A DNA stretch of 46,983 bases, taken from assembly GCA_031416075.1 (NCBI GenBank), contig JANOSY010000009.1, positions 1 to 46,983 on the forward strand, read 5' to 3'. The stretch comes from Candidatus Tenderia sp. (lineage in GTDB: Bacteria > Pseudomonadota > Gammaproteobacteria > Tenderiales > Tenderiaceae). Both the position numbers and the translations under genes were made by a program. Below are positions 19,195 to 29,113 of this stretch, piece after piece (position 1 is the first letter of the stretch; each line of letters starts with the position of its first letter). The notes beneath the pieces are model-generated. The model saw nothing but the letters and a program-made list of their open reading frames with translations, did not search any database and was not told the origin of the DNA.

Positions 19195-19201
19195 GATTAG
19201 G
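19195..19201. repeat. Right target-site duplication GATTAGG
   Basis: Identical to 14084-14090. Confidence 0.88.
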
Positions 19202-19221
19202 CGAGTTGTGGTTCCGGCTCT

Positions 19222-19647
19222 CTACGCCAGTTTTTTCAGCTTACGCAGATACTCTTTTTCATCCGGCGCGGTACCGCTGCGCTGTGCCTGCCACATCATC
19301 TCCGCCAGACACTCCATCATCTGATGTTCTGCTTTATGCGGATCACCACACTGTTTAACAACCTTGCCATAGACTTCACGAATGCCATCAGGGCGATTAG
19401 TGCCCAGCTGTTCGTGAATGGCGATGTGCATCCCCATGTGCATAAAGGGGTTGGTGGCGCCCATCTCGGGTAGGTATTCACGGCCGAGTGCGGTGTCGCT
19501 ATCGATCAGTACTGACTGGTATTCAGGGTGCTGGCTGATGGTGTCGACGATGATCTTTTCCAGCGGTTCGAGCGGCTGATTATTTTGGGCCTTTTTCCAT
19601 GCATCGATATAGTATTGACGGAGGGAGTTGCGGTCATTGCCAAACAT
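19222..19647 (-). CDS. DUF1841-family protein
   Basis: MF...R..LRQYY.DAW.K, HPEY, NPFMHMGMHIAIHEQL and H.AEH.MMECL.EMMW; commonly found after nth. Confidence 0.88.
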   Translation of the reverse strand: MFGNDRNSLRQYYIDAWKKAQNNQPLEPLEKIIVDTISQHPEYQSVLIDSDTALGREYLPEMGATNPFMHMGMHIAIHEQLGTNRPDGIREVYGKVVKQCGDPHKAEHQMMECLAEMMWQAQRSGTAPDEKEYLRKLKKLA

Positions 19648-19648
19648 G

Positions 19649-20284
19649 TTAGTTATAAACCTTGTCTTTGAATTCGCACAGGTCCTCAATTATACACGCT
19701 TCGCACCTAGGTTTACGTGCAATGCAAACGTAACGCCCGTGCAATATTAACCAGTGATGAGCATTCAGTAGATATTCTTTGGGAATAAATCTTAACAGAC
19801 CCAGCTCGACCTCCAGCACATTTTTTCCTGGCGCAATTTTTGTGCGATTGGATATGCGAAAAATATGTGTATCTACAGCCAATGTTGGCTGTCCAAACGC
19901 AGTATTAAGAATAACATTAGCAGTTTTTCGACCGACACCAGGTAGTTTTTCTAATGCTTCACGGGTTTGGGGTATAACACTATGGTGTTCCTTGATCAGG
20001 ATTGTGCAGGTCTTGATCAGGTTTTCGGCTTTTGTATTAAACAGGCCAATAGTTTTAATGTACTGCTTTAACTCTTCAACGCCTAACGCCAGAATAGACT
20101 CTGGTGTATTTGCAACAGGGAAGAGTTTTGACGTTGCTTTATTTACCCCCTTATCTGTTGCCTGGGCTGATAGTAGCACAGCAACTAAAAGCTCGAATGG
20201 GGTAGTGTAGTTTAGTTCGGTGGTTGGGGCGGGGTTCTCTGCTTGTAGACGGCGAAAAATTTCAGTGCGTTTTTCTCTATTCAT
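19649..20284 (-). CDS. nth: Endonuclease III
   Basis: LLSAQATD, HhH motif LPGVGRKTA, AVDTH and the 4Fe-4S motif CIARKPRCEACIIEDLC. Confidence 0.98.
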   Translation of the reverse strand: MNREKRTEIFRRLQAENPAPTTELNYTTPFELLVAVLLSAQATDKGVNKATSKLFPVANTPESILALGVEELKQYIKTIGLFNTKAENLIKTCTILIKEHHSVIPQTREALEKLPGVGRKTANVILNTAFGQPTLAVDTHIFRISNRTKIAPGKNVLEVELGLLRFIPKEYLLNAHHWLILHGRYVCIARKPRCEACIIEDLCEFKDKVYN

Positions 20285-20371
20285 GGGTGGTGGCTAGCTG
20301 TTTGTCATATGGCATAGTATGGTGCCAGCAAGATGGACAGACGGCAAGCTCTTGGAGTGGGGGGGGTAAGT

Positions 20372-22789
20372 TTAGTTATTGGCAGAGGTTCGCTGATGTA
20401 ATGTGTTTATTATGGTATCTATTGCACGCTCGAATAGTGGCAGGGTCTCGATTGGTGAAGCTTGGTTGCTTCTGAAAAGTGCGGCCAGTTCGTTAAAAGA
20501 GAATTCGGCTACTACTTTGAATTTCCAATTGGTGAAACTACACTCACCTAAATAGTCGCTCTTCCATACCATGCGCAAATGCTGATTTTTTCCATCTTTA
20601 TTGGTAATATTAAGCCATTGTCCCATTTTTAATTCTAATGTTTGTTGCCAAAATTTATCGTCAACCAGTGGCTCAACCTTTTTATGTGGTGTGGTGGTAA
20701 TGGTGATTTCATCAGTCTCTTCACTGGTGCCATTAGTATCAAAGGTCTTATGCATGCTTGTTATGGTTACAACGTCATCTATGTCGAGAATTGGCGTATT
20801 TAACATCTCTTCTAGTTTATTCATTTTATTAAGTTGAATCTGCATTTCAGTAAGAGCGGTATCGATTTCATTTATTTCATGTGCTTCTGACGAGGTTGCA
20901 TGGCCACATTTGATGTGGACTCTGTTTTTGGAAACAGGGATGTTTTCACCGCGCATGCTTGCTATATGACACTCTTCTAAACCAGATAGAAGATCATCCA
21001 TATCTTTTTTATCTAAATTGATGGAGCTTAAACCATCTTGCAATGTTATTAAAAGTTCAAGAAGGATATTGGCGAGACTTTTCTTGTCGGATTCCGTTTT
21101 TTTTGGCTCTATAGACCAAATCAAAAGATCAATAAACCGAAGTTGCTCTTTCCATAGGGCGCTATCATCACTACCATTTAAGTAAGTATTCACCATGACT
21201 TGTCGCCATGGTCCGGAGATTATCTCGTATACAGGTTTTGGGATTTCTTTATCTTTTATTCGACTGGCAATACACTCCATTACCCAGGCGTTGGTTAATT
21301 TGTGTTTTTCACGTGATTCGAATAGCTTCTGATTTTTATCTTGAGCCTTTTTGTCTTGATGAATGGATAAATTATAGAAGCGATCAAACTCTATAATAAG
21401 ATCATCGAACAAATTTAAGTTATCGTTAAAACTATTTGTTATCCGACTAACAATGTAATCTATTTTTTGTAATAGAGGGCTGCTTTCTATGCGAGTGTCA
21501 TCATCGACGCCTATGGCGGCTTGTGCCATTTTATTTAGTAATTGGCGTGCGGGATGCTGTTTTTTGCTAAAGAACTCATTGTCACTAATGGCTACTTTTA
21601 GAATAGGTATCTGTAATCTTGAAAGAAGTGCTTTTGCTATGGATGATAGATTTTTGTCATCGAGTATGAAATCAAAAATCATTGCCACAATATCGATAAT
21701 TTCATTATCAATAGTGCTGACAAGATTTAACTTTCCATTTGATATTGACGTTTTTATTTCTAATGAAAGAGCCTCTTTTAACTGTTCTATGGATTCAAAT
21801 GCCCCAAATCTGGAGTCCCGCATTTGAATTGACGATAATGCATTGACAATATCTATAGGGTCTATATGCGGCACGGAAGTATTGTTGTTTGTATTGTATC
21901 CGGAGGATATTATCTGCTTGTTTGTTAGTAAGTTTTGTAGCGTCCCAATGAGTTTCTCATCGTTGATGTGATTGTAACCAGCCCCATTGTCCAGGGATTG
22001 TGATGTGGGTGATGGCGTGGGTGAAAAAGAACCATCTTTATGGTGTTCTAATGGGTATGATCGGTCACTTCTTCTCGCCTGAGATAGTGGTCTTATGGCC
22101 ATTTTTAGATGTGGAAGCACATCTGATTTTATGAAAAGAATATTGACCTCTTCATAGAGATGAGAAGTGTTTGATGTGACATATTTATCATACAATTTAT
22201 AGATGATCAGTTTTATACTGGTTTCTACATTAAAATTCTTTATAGATTCACGAAATGCTTCACAAATTTCCTTAGGTGATAGTGGTAGATCTTCCATGTG
22301 GATAGCTTTGGTCGGATCTAATGCAGAGAATCGTTGTTCAATGGCATATAGCTCCCGAGCAAGTCGATTGTTGACTTTGGCGACAGTAGAGCTAACAGCT
22401 AATGACTCCTCCAGGTCAGACTCATTGACTAATGACATAGAATCTATGCTCTTGTGCTCACTCGCAGTTGAAACGTTATGATTTTCTGGCTTAAGGAGTT
22501 TTTTGAATCCGGTTTCGATATATTGGCTGAATCTGTTTTCAATAACTTCTCGTTGCATACGTAATTCGCGCATAGCATCAAAATAGCTGCTTTGGAGTAC
22601 GTTGCTTTCTGCTTTATCGGCAAGCTCAAACAGTGTGTCGTCGGCATTATCCAGCATGCGTTTAAGAAGTGTTGATAAATAACGCAACGTAATTGTGCGT
22701 GTTTCATCAATCAACAAATGATATTTTTTTCGATCACTTTCTGATGTTAAAGAGTTTAGAGGGACCACGTTGTTATCGTGAAGGGCCAT
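20372..22789 (-). CDS. DUF1631-family protein
   Basis: DDTLFELADKA..YFDAMRELR, LSRLQIPILKVA..FF....HPARQLLN, C-terminal GQW and PLFERA; 805 aa, AT-rich. Confidence 0.85.
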   Translation of the reverse strand: MALHDNNVVPLNSLTSESDRKKYHLLIDETRTITLRYLSTLLKRMLDNADDTLFELADKAESNVLQSSYFDAMRELRMQREVIENRFSQYIETGFKKLLKPENHNVSTASEHKSIDSMSLVNESDLEESLAVSSTVAKVNNRLARELYAIEQRFSALDPTKAIHMEDLPLSPKEICEAFRESIKNFNVETSIKLIIYKLYDKYVTSNTSHLYEEVNILFIKSDVLPHLKMAIRPLSQARRSDRSYPLEHHKDGSFSPTPSPTSQSLDNGAGYNHINDEKLIGTLQNLLTNKQIISSGYNTNNNTSVPHIDPIDIVNALSSIQMRDSRFGAFESIEQLKEALSLEIKTSISNGKLNLVSTIDNEIIDIVAMIFDFILDDKNLSSIAKALLSRLQIPILKVAISDNEFFSKKQHPARQLLNKMAQAAIGVDDDTRIESSPLLQKIDYIVSRITNSFNDNLNLFDDLIIEFDRFYNLSIHQDKKAQDKNQKLFESREKHKLTNAWVMECIASRIKDKEIPKPVYEIISGPWRQVMVNTYLNGSDDSALWKEQLRFIDLLIWSIEPKKTESDKKSLANILLELLITLQDGLSSINLDKKDMDDLLSGLEECHIASMRGENIPVSKNRVHIKCGHATSSEAHEINEIDTALTEMQIQLNKMNKLEEMLNTPILDIDDVVTITSMHKTFDTNGTSEETDEITITTTPHKKVEPLVDDKFWQQTLELKMGQWLNITNKDGKNQHLRMVWKSDYLGECSFTNWKFKVVAEFSFNELAALFRSNQASPIETLPLFERAIDTIINTLHQRTSANN

Positions 22790-22865
22790 ATTATGAGTTC
22801 GGTACTCCCATTTCGTTATGAATTAAAGATTTCTGATTATCATGTTAGATGGTATGTATGGTCAT

Positions 22866-22887
22866 AACTGTGATGTTCATCTCAATT
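22866..22887. promoter_or_regulatory. CRP/Vfr-like binding site upstream of the DUF1631 gene
   Basis: AACTGTGATGTTCATCTCAATT, i.e. TGTGA-N6-TCTCA, against the consensus AAATGTGA-N6-TCACATTT. Confidence 0.5.
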
Positions 22888-22936
22888 ATATGAGTACCAA
22901 TAGGGTGCTTTGGAGAAGTAGCAGCCATATATGATC

Positions 22937-22964
22937 ATATCGGCTCAATATTGAGGTGACTTGA
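22937..22964 (-). promoter_or_regulatory. Possible sigma-28 promoter for the DUF1631 gene
   Basis: Minus strand TCAAG-N15-GCCGATAT; the spacing is one base longer than canonical. Confidence 0.45.
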
Positions 22965-23194
22965 GTGATAGATGTTCTTGTTGAACGGCTCTTGCGGAGG
23001 GAGATTGTGACTGTAGATTGCATTTCATTATTTAACAGCATTGTAATTAATGCTGCTTTCCTTAATTTGCATTATAAAACATGTTGTTGTAACTATTTTG
23101 TTCTATTTTTTAGATCATATGAGATTGATTGTTGAACCTCGGGTCGTGATCGATGGCGTAGAATGCACCTTGTTAGGTATGCCTCTTGAGACGA

Positions 23195-26100
23195 TCACGT
23201 TGGTTTTTTGTACTCTGATGGAGGTATGTTATTTGTATGCAATGGTGGCTCATTTGAGATGTGCGGCACAGCCTCTCTAATTTCTTCTATGGCTTTTGAG
23301 AGGGCATTTATTCGCATGGTATCCTCTTTTGGCATGCCTTTTTTAACAATATTTTCCAGGCGCTCTTTTTCAGAGTTCAATTTTTTTGATAATGATTCAA
23401 TTTCTTTTGAGTGTGTGGACGATTTTGAGGATTGTTTATAATATTTTAGTAATGTAATCATTTGTGGGATATCGTTGGGGCTGTTTAGTGTTATTTTTCT
23501 GAGATAGTCTCCAGCAACTTCAAGATCATTTTTAGAAATGGCTAAAAGTTTCCATTTTTTATATTCATCATTCTCAGATGGAAGGGAGTAAAGTGCCTTT
23601 ATATTATTTGTTCGGTATAGTATTTGAGCGTATGTTTCATTTTTTATTGAGCTATCCTTTATATTGTTAAGCGACTCAAATGCCAAGTCGAGTTGGTCAT
23701 TTTTTGTTAGCAGAAGTGCGTGTTGTTTGTGTGTTCTGTCGGGCCATTCTTGATATTTATTGTATAAATTTATGGCTGTTTTGAAGTCGTAATCGTGCCA
23801 TGCGATTTCATAATCTATTCCTCGTGCTAGAACGGGTGCTATGGTTTTTAATTGATTGGATGCTTTTTTAGCGAGATCGATATCATTCCAGGAGATATAG
23901 TAATTTGCCTGTAAATACAGCTTATAAATTGCATCCTCTCCGAGATATGGAAGTAAATCTAATTTGAAATTATCTCGTAAAAACTGATAAGGATCTTCCT
24001 TTCCGTCAGGCTGTTTTGTTAATGCCGACAGTCTGACTTCTGAAATAATATTTGTGTCGGTATTGGAGGGTGATCCCGCAGATGCTGAAAGCGCTTCATC
24101 CCGAGACAGTGCAAAATACCAGAGGAGATCGGCGGGCTCATGTATGTCATGGATGCTCAGGGTGTTTTTTATTTTATCTTGTGACAATATTTTAGATATT
24201 CTATCGTAATCAAACGTGATTGGTTGTGTGGAGCCTATCAATATCAGGTCTCCTGTGTGGAGATTGGCAAAGCTCAATCCGTACGGATATACATTATAGA
24301 AGGCCTGAAATAATGATTGTAGAGTAGTGACATCCATTTTGAATAGATTAACCCACTGTCCAAAAACGCCGCCTTTGTTTAGTCTTGATTTTGTGATCTC
24401 CCAGAACTGCCTGGTGAATACATTGGCAGCACCAGCAAGCCAGGGATGTGATGGCTGTGCGACGATTAGGTCATACGTTTTGTTTTCTATTAACAGGGTG
24501 TTTCTGGCGTCGTTAAAGTTGATTTTCACACGGGGATCTTTAAGGGCTGGGATTTCACCGGTGTATAGTTGGCGGTCAGCTTCGATAACGGTTGGTTCTA
24601 ATTCCACAACTCGTATGGATTCTATGTCTGTTAATGTTAGTGCCCGTGTTGTTGTTCCGCCTCCAAATCCGACAACGAATGCAGATTTTGGGTTCTCATG
24701 CAGTATGTATGGAATTATTCCCAGTAGCGATTCAGTGAGCATGGTTTTATTTTGGTCGCTCATGTGTATCAAGGACTCATTTAATCCGTTGCTTTGGAGT
24801 TTTGCAATGGTTTTGTCATAAGTCACAAGGCTGACAATCCCCGCTTTTCCCTCTTTTATGAATATAAATTCGGGTTTCTTCCCACTGATAACATCATCAT
24901 CCCATTGATAGCCGATGGATGCGATGAGTTCCTTGTAGTTTAAATGGGGGGTTTGAATTGCAAGAATGAGTGCTGCGGCTACGGAGACGGAGATGGCTAT
25001 TTTTTTATTTAATTCTGTGATGGATCCTAAAAATAACATGGAGAGCAGCAATGTTCCGCTAGCCATTATGGTTAATAGTGCATCTGTTCCATATTCTGGG
25101 ATGAAAAAAAATCCGGCAAATATAGCGCCAAAAATACTGGCGACTGTATTGATAGAGTAGGCCTTTCCAACGCGTGTACGAACTGCTTTTAAAGTTCCGC
25201 AGTATAGTTTTAAATTTAAAGGAAAGAGTGCTCCGAGTATAAAGGTGGGAATGAATAGCATCAGGAATATGATTAAATATTTTGTAATATTGTTTAATGA
25301 TTGTACGCTTGTGTAGTGATTAAGGTATTCATATATGTCTGGAATTAGGCTGAACCCAACTCTGGTTAGTATTAAGGAAGAACCAAGTAGGAGTAGTCCT
25401 ACAGACATCCATAGTTGTGGATTTCTAATTTTTTCCAGGTGATTTTTGATTGCCCATGATCCAGCAGTGATGCCGCTCAGAAAGACAGTTAATATCGCTG
25501 AAAAACCGTAAATTGTTGTGCCCGTAAAAACAGATAGATATTTTGTCCAGCCTACTTGTGTGGCGATGGATATAAATCCAGTGGCTGCTAATACAATGAT
25601 GGCCTTTGTTCTGTCTTTGTTATGCGCTTCATCAACTTCAAGATGCTCATCTTCTTTATCTTTATTATTTGTGGTGATGGTTCGGGTGAATTTTTTATTG
25701 GCATATATTGCAACAATGGCTATTATCATGTTCAGTGAAAAGGCTATATATATAGCGCCATCCAGTCCCCAGTTGGGAATCAGCACAAAGCCTGTTAGGA
25801 AAGCCCCCAAAACTGCACCTGCTGTGTTTAAGCTGTATAGTTGGCTTATGCGTAATCCAATCTCATTTTTATTTCTAATGAGTATTGATGCCATGACAGG
25901 AAACGTTGCCCCCATGCACATGGTAGGTATTGATAAGAGAAGTAATGTTGCTGCAAATTTCAGGCTGATCTCTGTGCCTATGGCGGGAAGTATTGCCATC
26001 AGACTGTCAAGGTGAAGCAGTATTGGTAGCAGTAATAGACCGCTAACGCCTATTAGTAGCTCAAGGATAATGTAGGGGGTAAGACTATTGATTCTATTAC

Positions 26101-26284
26101 GGGTGATCTTCTCGGCTAAATAACTTCCTAGCGCCATTCCAAGAAAAAATGCGGCGAGTACGGTGCTGATGGATGCGCTGGTTGACCCCATGCTCAACCC
26201 TAATAATCTAACCCATGTAACCTGATAGGTTAAGCTGGCAATTCCTGATAGAACAAGGAAGCTGGCAGTGAGTATGAAATTCAT
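23195..26284 (-). CDS. Fused multi-pass membrane / spermidine-synthase-like protein with a helical C-terminal extension
   Basis: Two repeats of a membrane module (YQVTWVRLL..MGST..; LYSLNTAGAVLG and AYSINTVASIFG). A SAM/dcSAM-binding fold follows (VVGFGGGTT, VELEP, DAR, AQPSHPW). Confidence 0.85.
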   Translation of the reverse strand: MNFILTASFLVLSGIASLTYQVTWVRLLGLSMGSTSASISTVLAAFFLGMALGSYLAEKITRNRINSLTPYIILELLIGVSGLLLLPILLHLDSLMAILPAIGTEISLKFAATLLLLSIPTMCMGATFPVMASILIRNKNEIGLRISQLYSLNTAGAVLGAFLTGFVLIPNWGLDGAIYIAFSLNMIIAIVAIYANKKFTRTITTNNKDKEDEHLEVDEAHNKDRTKAIIVLAATGFISIATQVGWTKYLSVFTGTTIYGFSAILTVFLSGITAGSWAIKNHLEKIRNPQLWMSVGLLLLGSSLILTRVGFSLIPDIYEYLNHYTSVQSLNNITKYLIIFLMLFIPTFILGALFPLNLKLYCGTLKAVRTRVGKAYSINTVASIFGAIFAGFFFIPEYGTDALLTIMASGTLLLSMLFLGSITELNKKIAISVSVAAALILAIQTPHLNYKELIASIGYQWDDDVISGKKPEFIFIKEGKAGIVSLVTYDKTIAKLQSNGLNESLIHMSDQNKTMLTESLLGIIPYILHENPKSAFVVGFGGGTTTRALTLTDIESIRVVELEPTVIEADRQLYTGEIPALKDPRVKINFNDARNTLLIENKTYDLIVAQPSHPWLAGAANVFTRQFWEITKSRLNKGGVFGQWVNLFKMDVTTLQSLFQAFYNVYPYGLSFANLHTGDLILIGSTQPITFDYDRISKILSQDKIKNTLSIHDIHEPADLLWYFALSRDEALSASAGSPSNTDTNIISEVRLSALTKQPDGKEDPYQFLRDNFKLDLLPYLGEDAIYKLYLQANYYISWNDIDLAKKASNQLKTIAPVLARGIDYEIAWHDYDFKTAINLYNKYQEWPDRTHKQHALLLTKNDQLDLAFESLNNIKDSSIKNETYAQILYRTNNIKALYSLPSENDEYKKWKLLAISKNDLEVAGDYLRKITLNSPNDIPQMITLLKYYKQSSKSSTHSKEIESLSKKLNSEKERLENIVKKGMPKEDTMRINALSKAIEEIREAVPHISNEPPLHTNNIPPSEYKKPT

Positions 26285-26707
26285 AAAAAATCCCCGTTGT
26301 ATAAGATTGTTTTTATTTTTGACGGTGATGAGTTAATAACCATCGATGCCATTATTTTTATTGATATTCGATTAAGCATTTATTAAATTTATTATTTAAT
26401 TCTATTCTTATATTTCCATTGTGTTCTCAGCGGTGACTATTATCAACGATGCTTAAAGTGTGTTTTTTATGGGTGTGCCTTTGGTATGGGGTGGGAAGTT
26501 GTTTTTTTAGTTATGTCTATTTATTACGGCGGATATTAGTTGTTTTATTTTTGTGGGCTATTAATATTTTTTTAATGATTTTTGTGTGAGTCCGGGTTTG
26601 GATGGACGTGACTGTTGGTGGGGTAATGGTTGTCATCACAAATACGGTAATCGAGGGATTGGTTTGCAGCATAGGGGGCTATGCTGCAGTTGTCATGGTG
26701 TGAGGTG

Positions 26708-27415
26708 TTACGCGGTGGCCGTGTTGTTTTCTGGGCTGGCGGGGCCGTTGTTTGTTTTTGGTTGTAATGCCGCTTGGCGTTTGTTGCGATCATCAATGAG
26801 ATTTTTAACGGCGATGATCAGCCCCAGGCCGATGAAGGCGCCGGGTGGCAGGATCGCCAGCAGGAAGCCGTGGTAGTTGTCGACCAAGGTGATGGTGAGG
26901 TGGTTGCCCAACTCCCCAAACATCATCTGCGCCTGTGCGAGCATGGTGCCGTTGCCGAGTATTTCGCGGATGGTGCCGAGCAGTACCAGCACGGCGGTGA
27001 AGCCGAGTCCCATGGTCAGGCCATCGAGCGCGGCGCGGTCGGGGCTATTTTTGAAGGCGAAGGCTTCGGCGCGGCCAAGCAGGGCGCAGTTGGTGACGAT
27101 CAGTGGCACAAAGATACCGAGGATCTTGTAGAGCTCATGGAACCAAGCGTTCATCGACAGTTCAATAACGGTCACTACCGAGGCGATGATCATCACAAAA
27201 ACCGGAATGCGCACCTCTGGTTTGACAATGTTGCGGATCAACGAGACCAGCAGGTTGGAGAAGACCAGCGCCAGGGTAGTGGCGAGCCCCAGCCCCAGGC
27301 CATTGACGGTGGAGGTGCTGACGGCCAGCAGCGGGCAGAGACCGAGGATCTGCACCAGACCGACATTGTTGCTCCAGAAGCCGTCACGGCTGATCTCACT
27401 GTAACTTTTACTCAT
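26708..27415 (-). CDS. rnfE: Rnf/Rsx electron transport subunit E
   Basis: [26 protein letters not shown] and ILPPGAF; start MSKSYSE. Confidence 0.96.
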   Translation of the reverse strand: MSKSYSEISRDGFWSNNVGLVQILGLCPLLAVSTSTVNGLGLGLATTLALVFSNLLVSLIRNIVKPEVRIPVFVMIIASVVTVIELSMNAWFHELYKILGIFVPLIVTNCALLGRAEAFAFKNSPDRAALDGLTMGLGFTAVLVLLGTIREILGNGTMLAQAQMMFGELGNHLTITLVDNYHGFLLAILPPGAFIGLGLIIAVKNLIDDRNKRQAALQPKTNNGPASPENNTATA

Positions 27416-28064
27416 GGCGGTTACTCTCCTCTGGACCCTTCGCGGGCGTGACGGGTGCAAACAGCAGGTCGCGATGACCATTATAGTAGGTCAGGGCGTG
27501 GTGTACGGCCTTTACAATGGCGCGTGGTGTGATAGTAGCGCCGGTATTGCTGTCGAAGGCGCCGCCATCCTTTTTTACCTGCCACTGCTTTTCATCAGGA
27601 TTGGTGAGGGAACGGCCAGCAAACTGTCTGATCCAGTCGGAGCGTTCTGCTTCGATGTAATCACCTAACCCGGGAGTCTCTTTATGGCTGACCACGCGCA
27701 CGCCAGCCAGTTCGCCGTTATAACGAATCGCTACCAATAGTTTGATGGTGCCGCTGTAACCGTCCGGTGCCTCGGCGGCGATGATGACGGCGATGGGTTC
27801 GTCGCCCATGCGTGCACGATAGACCGGCAGCGGTTTTTTGCTGCCCAGCCAGTCGCGTGATTCGACATTGATGGCATCACTGTAGAGATCATTATCGTGC
27901 AGGCTGGGGGGAATCAGTTCGTGCAGTTTCTCAACACGTGCGGCCTTTTCATTGGCCTCGACCTGCTCACGGGTGCTGTCGTAGATGAAACCCACCGCAC
28001 CCGCGCAGAGAATGGCAAAGCCACCGAGGATGGCGGCAGCGGTGGACATCTGTTTACCGACCAT
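27408..28064 (-). CDS. rnfG: Rnf/Rsx subunit G
   Basis: [15 protein letters not shown] and the FMN-attachment motif TGATIT. Confidence 0.96.
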   Translation of the reverse strand: MVGKQMSTAAAILGGFAILCAGAVGFIYDSTREQVEANEKAARVEKLHELIPPSLHDNDLYSDAINVESRDWLGSKKPLPVYRARMGDEPIAVIIAAEAPDGYSGTIKLLVAIRYNGELAGVRVVSHKETPGLGDYIEAERSDWIRQFAGRSLTNPDEKQWQVKKDGGAFDSNTGATITPRAIVKAVHHALTYYNGHRDLLFAPVTPAKGPEESNRHE

Positions 28065-29100
28065 CGGAACCTTTCCTGTGGCCAAAGACTGTTGGTTTGG
28101 TGTAGTGGTCGATGGTCGGGGCGGCCATGTTCATCAGCAGTACCGCAAAGGCCACTGCGTCGGGGTAGCCACCCCAGCTGCGAATGATGTAGGTGAGGAT
28201 GCCGACCCCGGCGCCAAACCAGAGTCTGCCCTTGATGCTGGTGGCGCCGCTGACCGGATCGGTGGCGATGAAAAATGCACCCAGCATCGCCCCGCCGCTA
28301 AACAGGTGGAAGAGTGGCGAGGCGTGGCGGGTCGGTTCAACAGCAAAAAAGAGCAGCGCCATCAGCGCCAGCGTGCCGAGCATCGCCACGGGCACGTGCC
28401 AGCTGATCACCTTTTTGTAGATCAGCCAGAGGCCGCCGCCGAGAATGGCGAGGTTGATCCACTGCCAGCCTGTGCCTCCCATGGCACCAAAGAGGGGGCT
28501 GGCGCTGATCTGGTCGATGTTCTGGCCAAGTTTCAGCTGTGTCTTGAGCGTGTCCAGCACTGTCGCCGAGGTGAGGCTGTCCAGTGACATGCCCGCCGGC
28601 AGCGCACCACTAAAGATCCATGTCAGGCTCTGGCCGAGGCCGAGATCCTGGTTGCTCAGACTGAGCGGTGCCGCCCAGGTGGTCATCTCGCGCGGGAAGG
28701 AGATCAGCAACATCACATAACCGACCATGGCGGGGTTGAAGGGGTTGAAACCGAGGCCGCCGTAAAGGTGTTTGCCAAAGACCAGGGCAAAGGCGGTGCC
28801 GATCACAATCAGCCACCACGGCGCCAGGGGCGGTATGGCGATTCCCAATAACAGTGCCGTGACCAAGGCGCTGCCATCTTTGAGAAACGGGGTGATGGGG
28901 TGGCGGCGCAGTCGCAACATGACCGCCTCAGTTGCCAGCGCTGTAATGGTGGCCAGTAGCAGGTTGATGATCACACCCCAGCCAAACAGCCAGGCGTATG
29001 CGGCGATGGCCGGGATCAGGGCGTAGACCACCCGCAGCATGACGACAGATAGGCCGTTGGCACCATGGGTGTGGGGGGAGCTGGAGGTGTTGAGATGCAT
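28054..29100 (-). CDS. rnfD: Rnf/Rsx subunit D
   Basis: SSPH, KHLYGGLGFNPFNPAMVG, the FMN site TSAT, ATDPVS and GGYPD. Confidence 0.96.
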   Translation of the reverse strand: MHLNTSSSPHTHGANGLSVVMLRVVYALIPAIAAYAWLFGWGVIINLLLATITALATEAVMLRLRRHPITPFLKDGSALVTALLLGIAIPPLAPWWLIVIGTAFALVFGKHLYGGLGFNPFNPAMVGYVMLLISFPREMTTWAAPLSLSNQDLGLGQSLTWIFSGALPAGMSLDSLTSATVLDTLKTQLKLGQNIDQISASPLFGAMGGTGWQWINLAILGGGLWLIYKKVISWHVPVAMLGTLALMALLFFAVEPTRHASPLFHLFSGGAMLGAFFIATDPVSGATSIKGRLWFGAGVGILTYIIRSWGGYPDAVAFAVLLMNMAAPTIDHYTKPTVFGHRKGSDGR

Positions 29101-29113
29101 GGCTATCTGATAT

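Noticed and set aside
19116-19358. 80-aa ORF MLNVRFWPYPAIRD as a partner of Avs4
   Set aside because: It is a translation of the recombination-site and TIR sequence and overlaps the DUF1841 gene on the opposite strand.
26285-26707. AT-rich gap as an origin, CRISPR leader or sRNA
   Set aside because: I saw no DnaA-box cluster, repeat-spacer array or recognisable RNA motif. It is probably promoter DNA.
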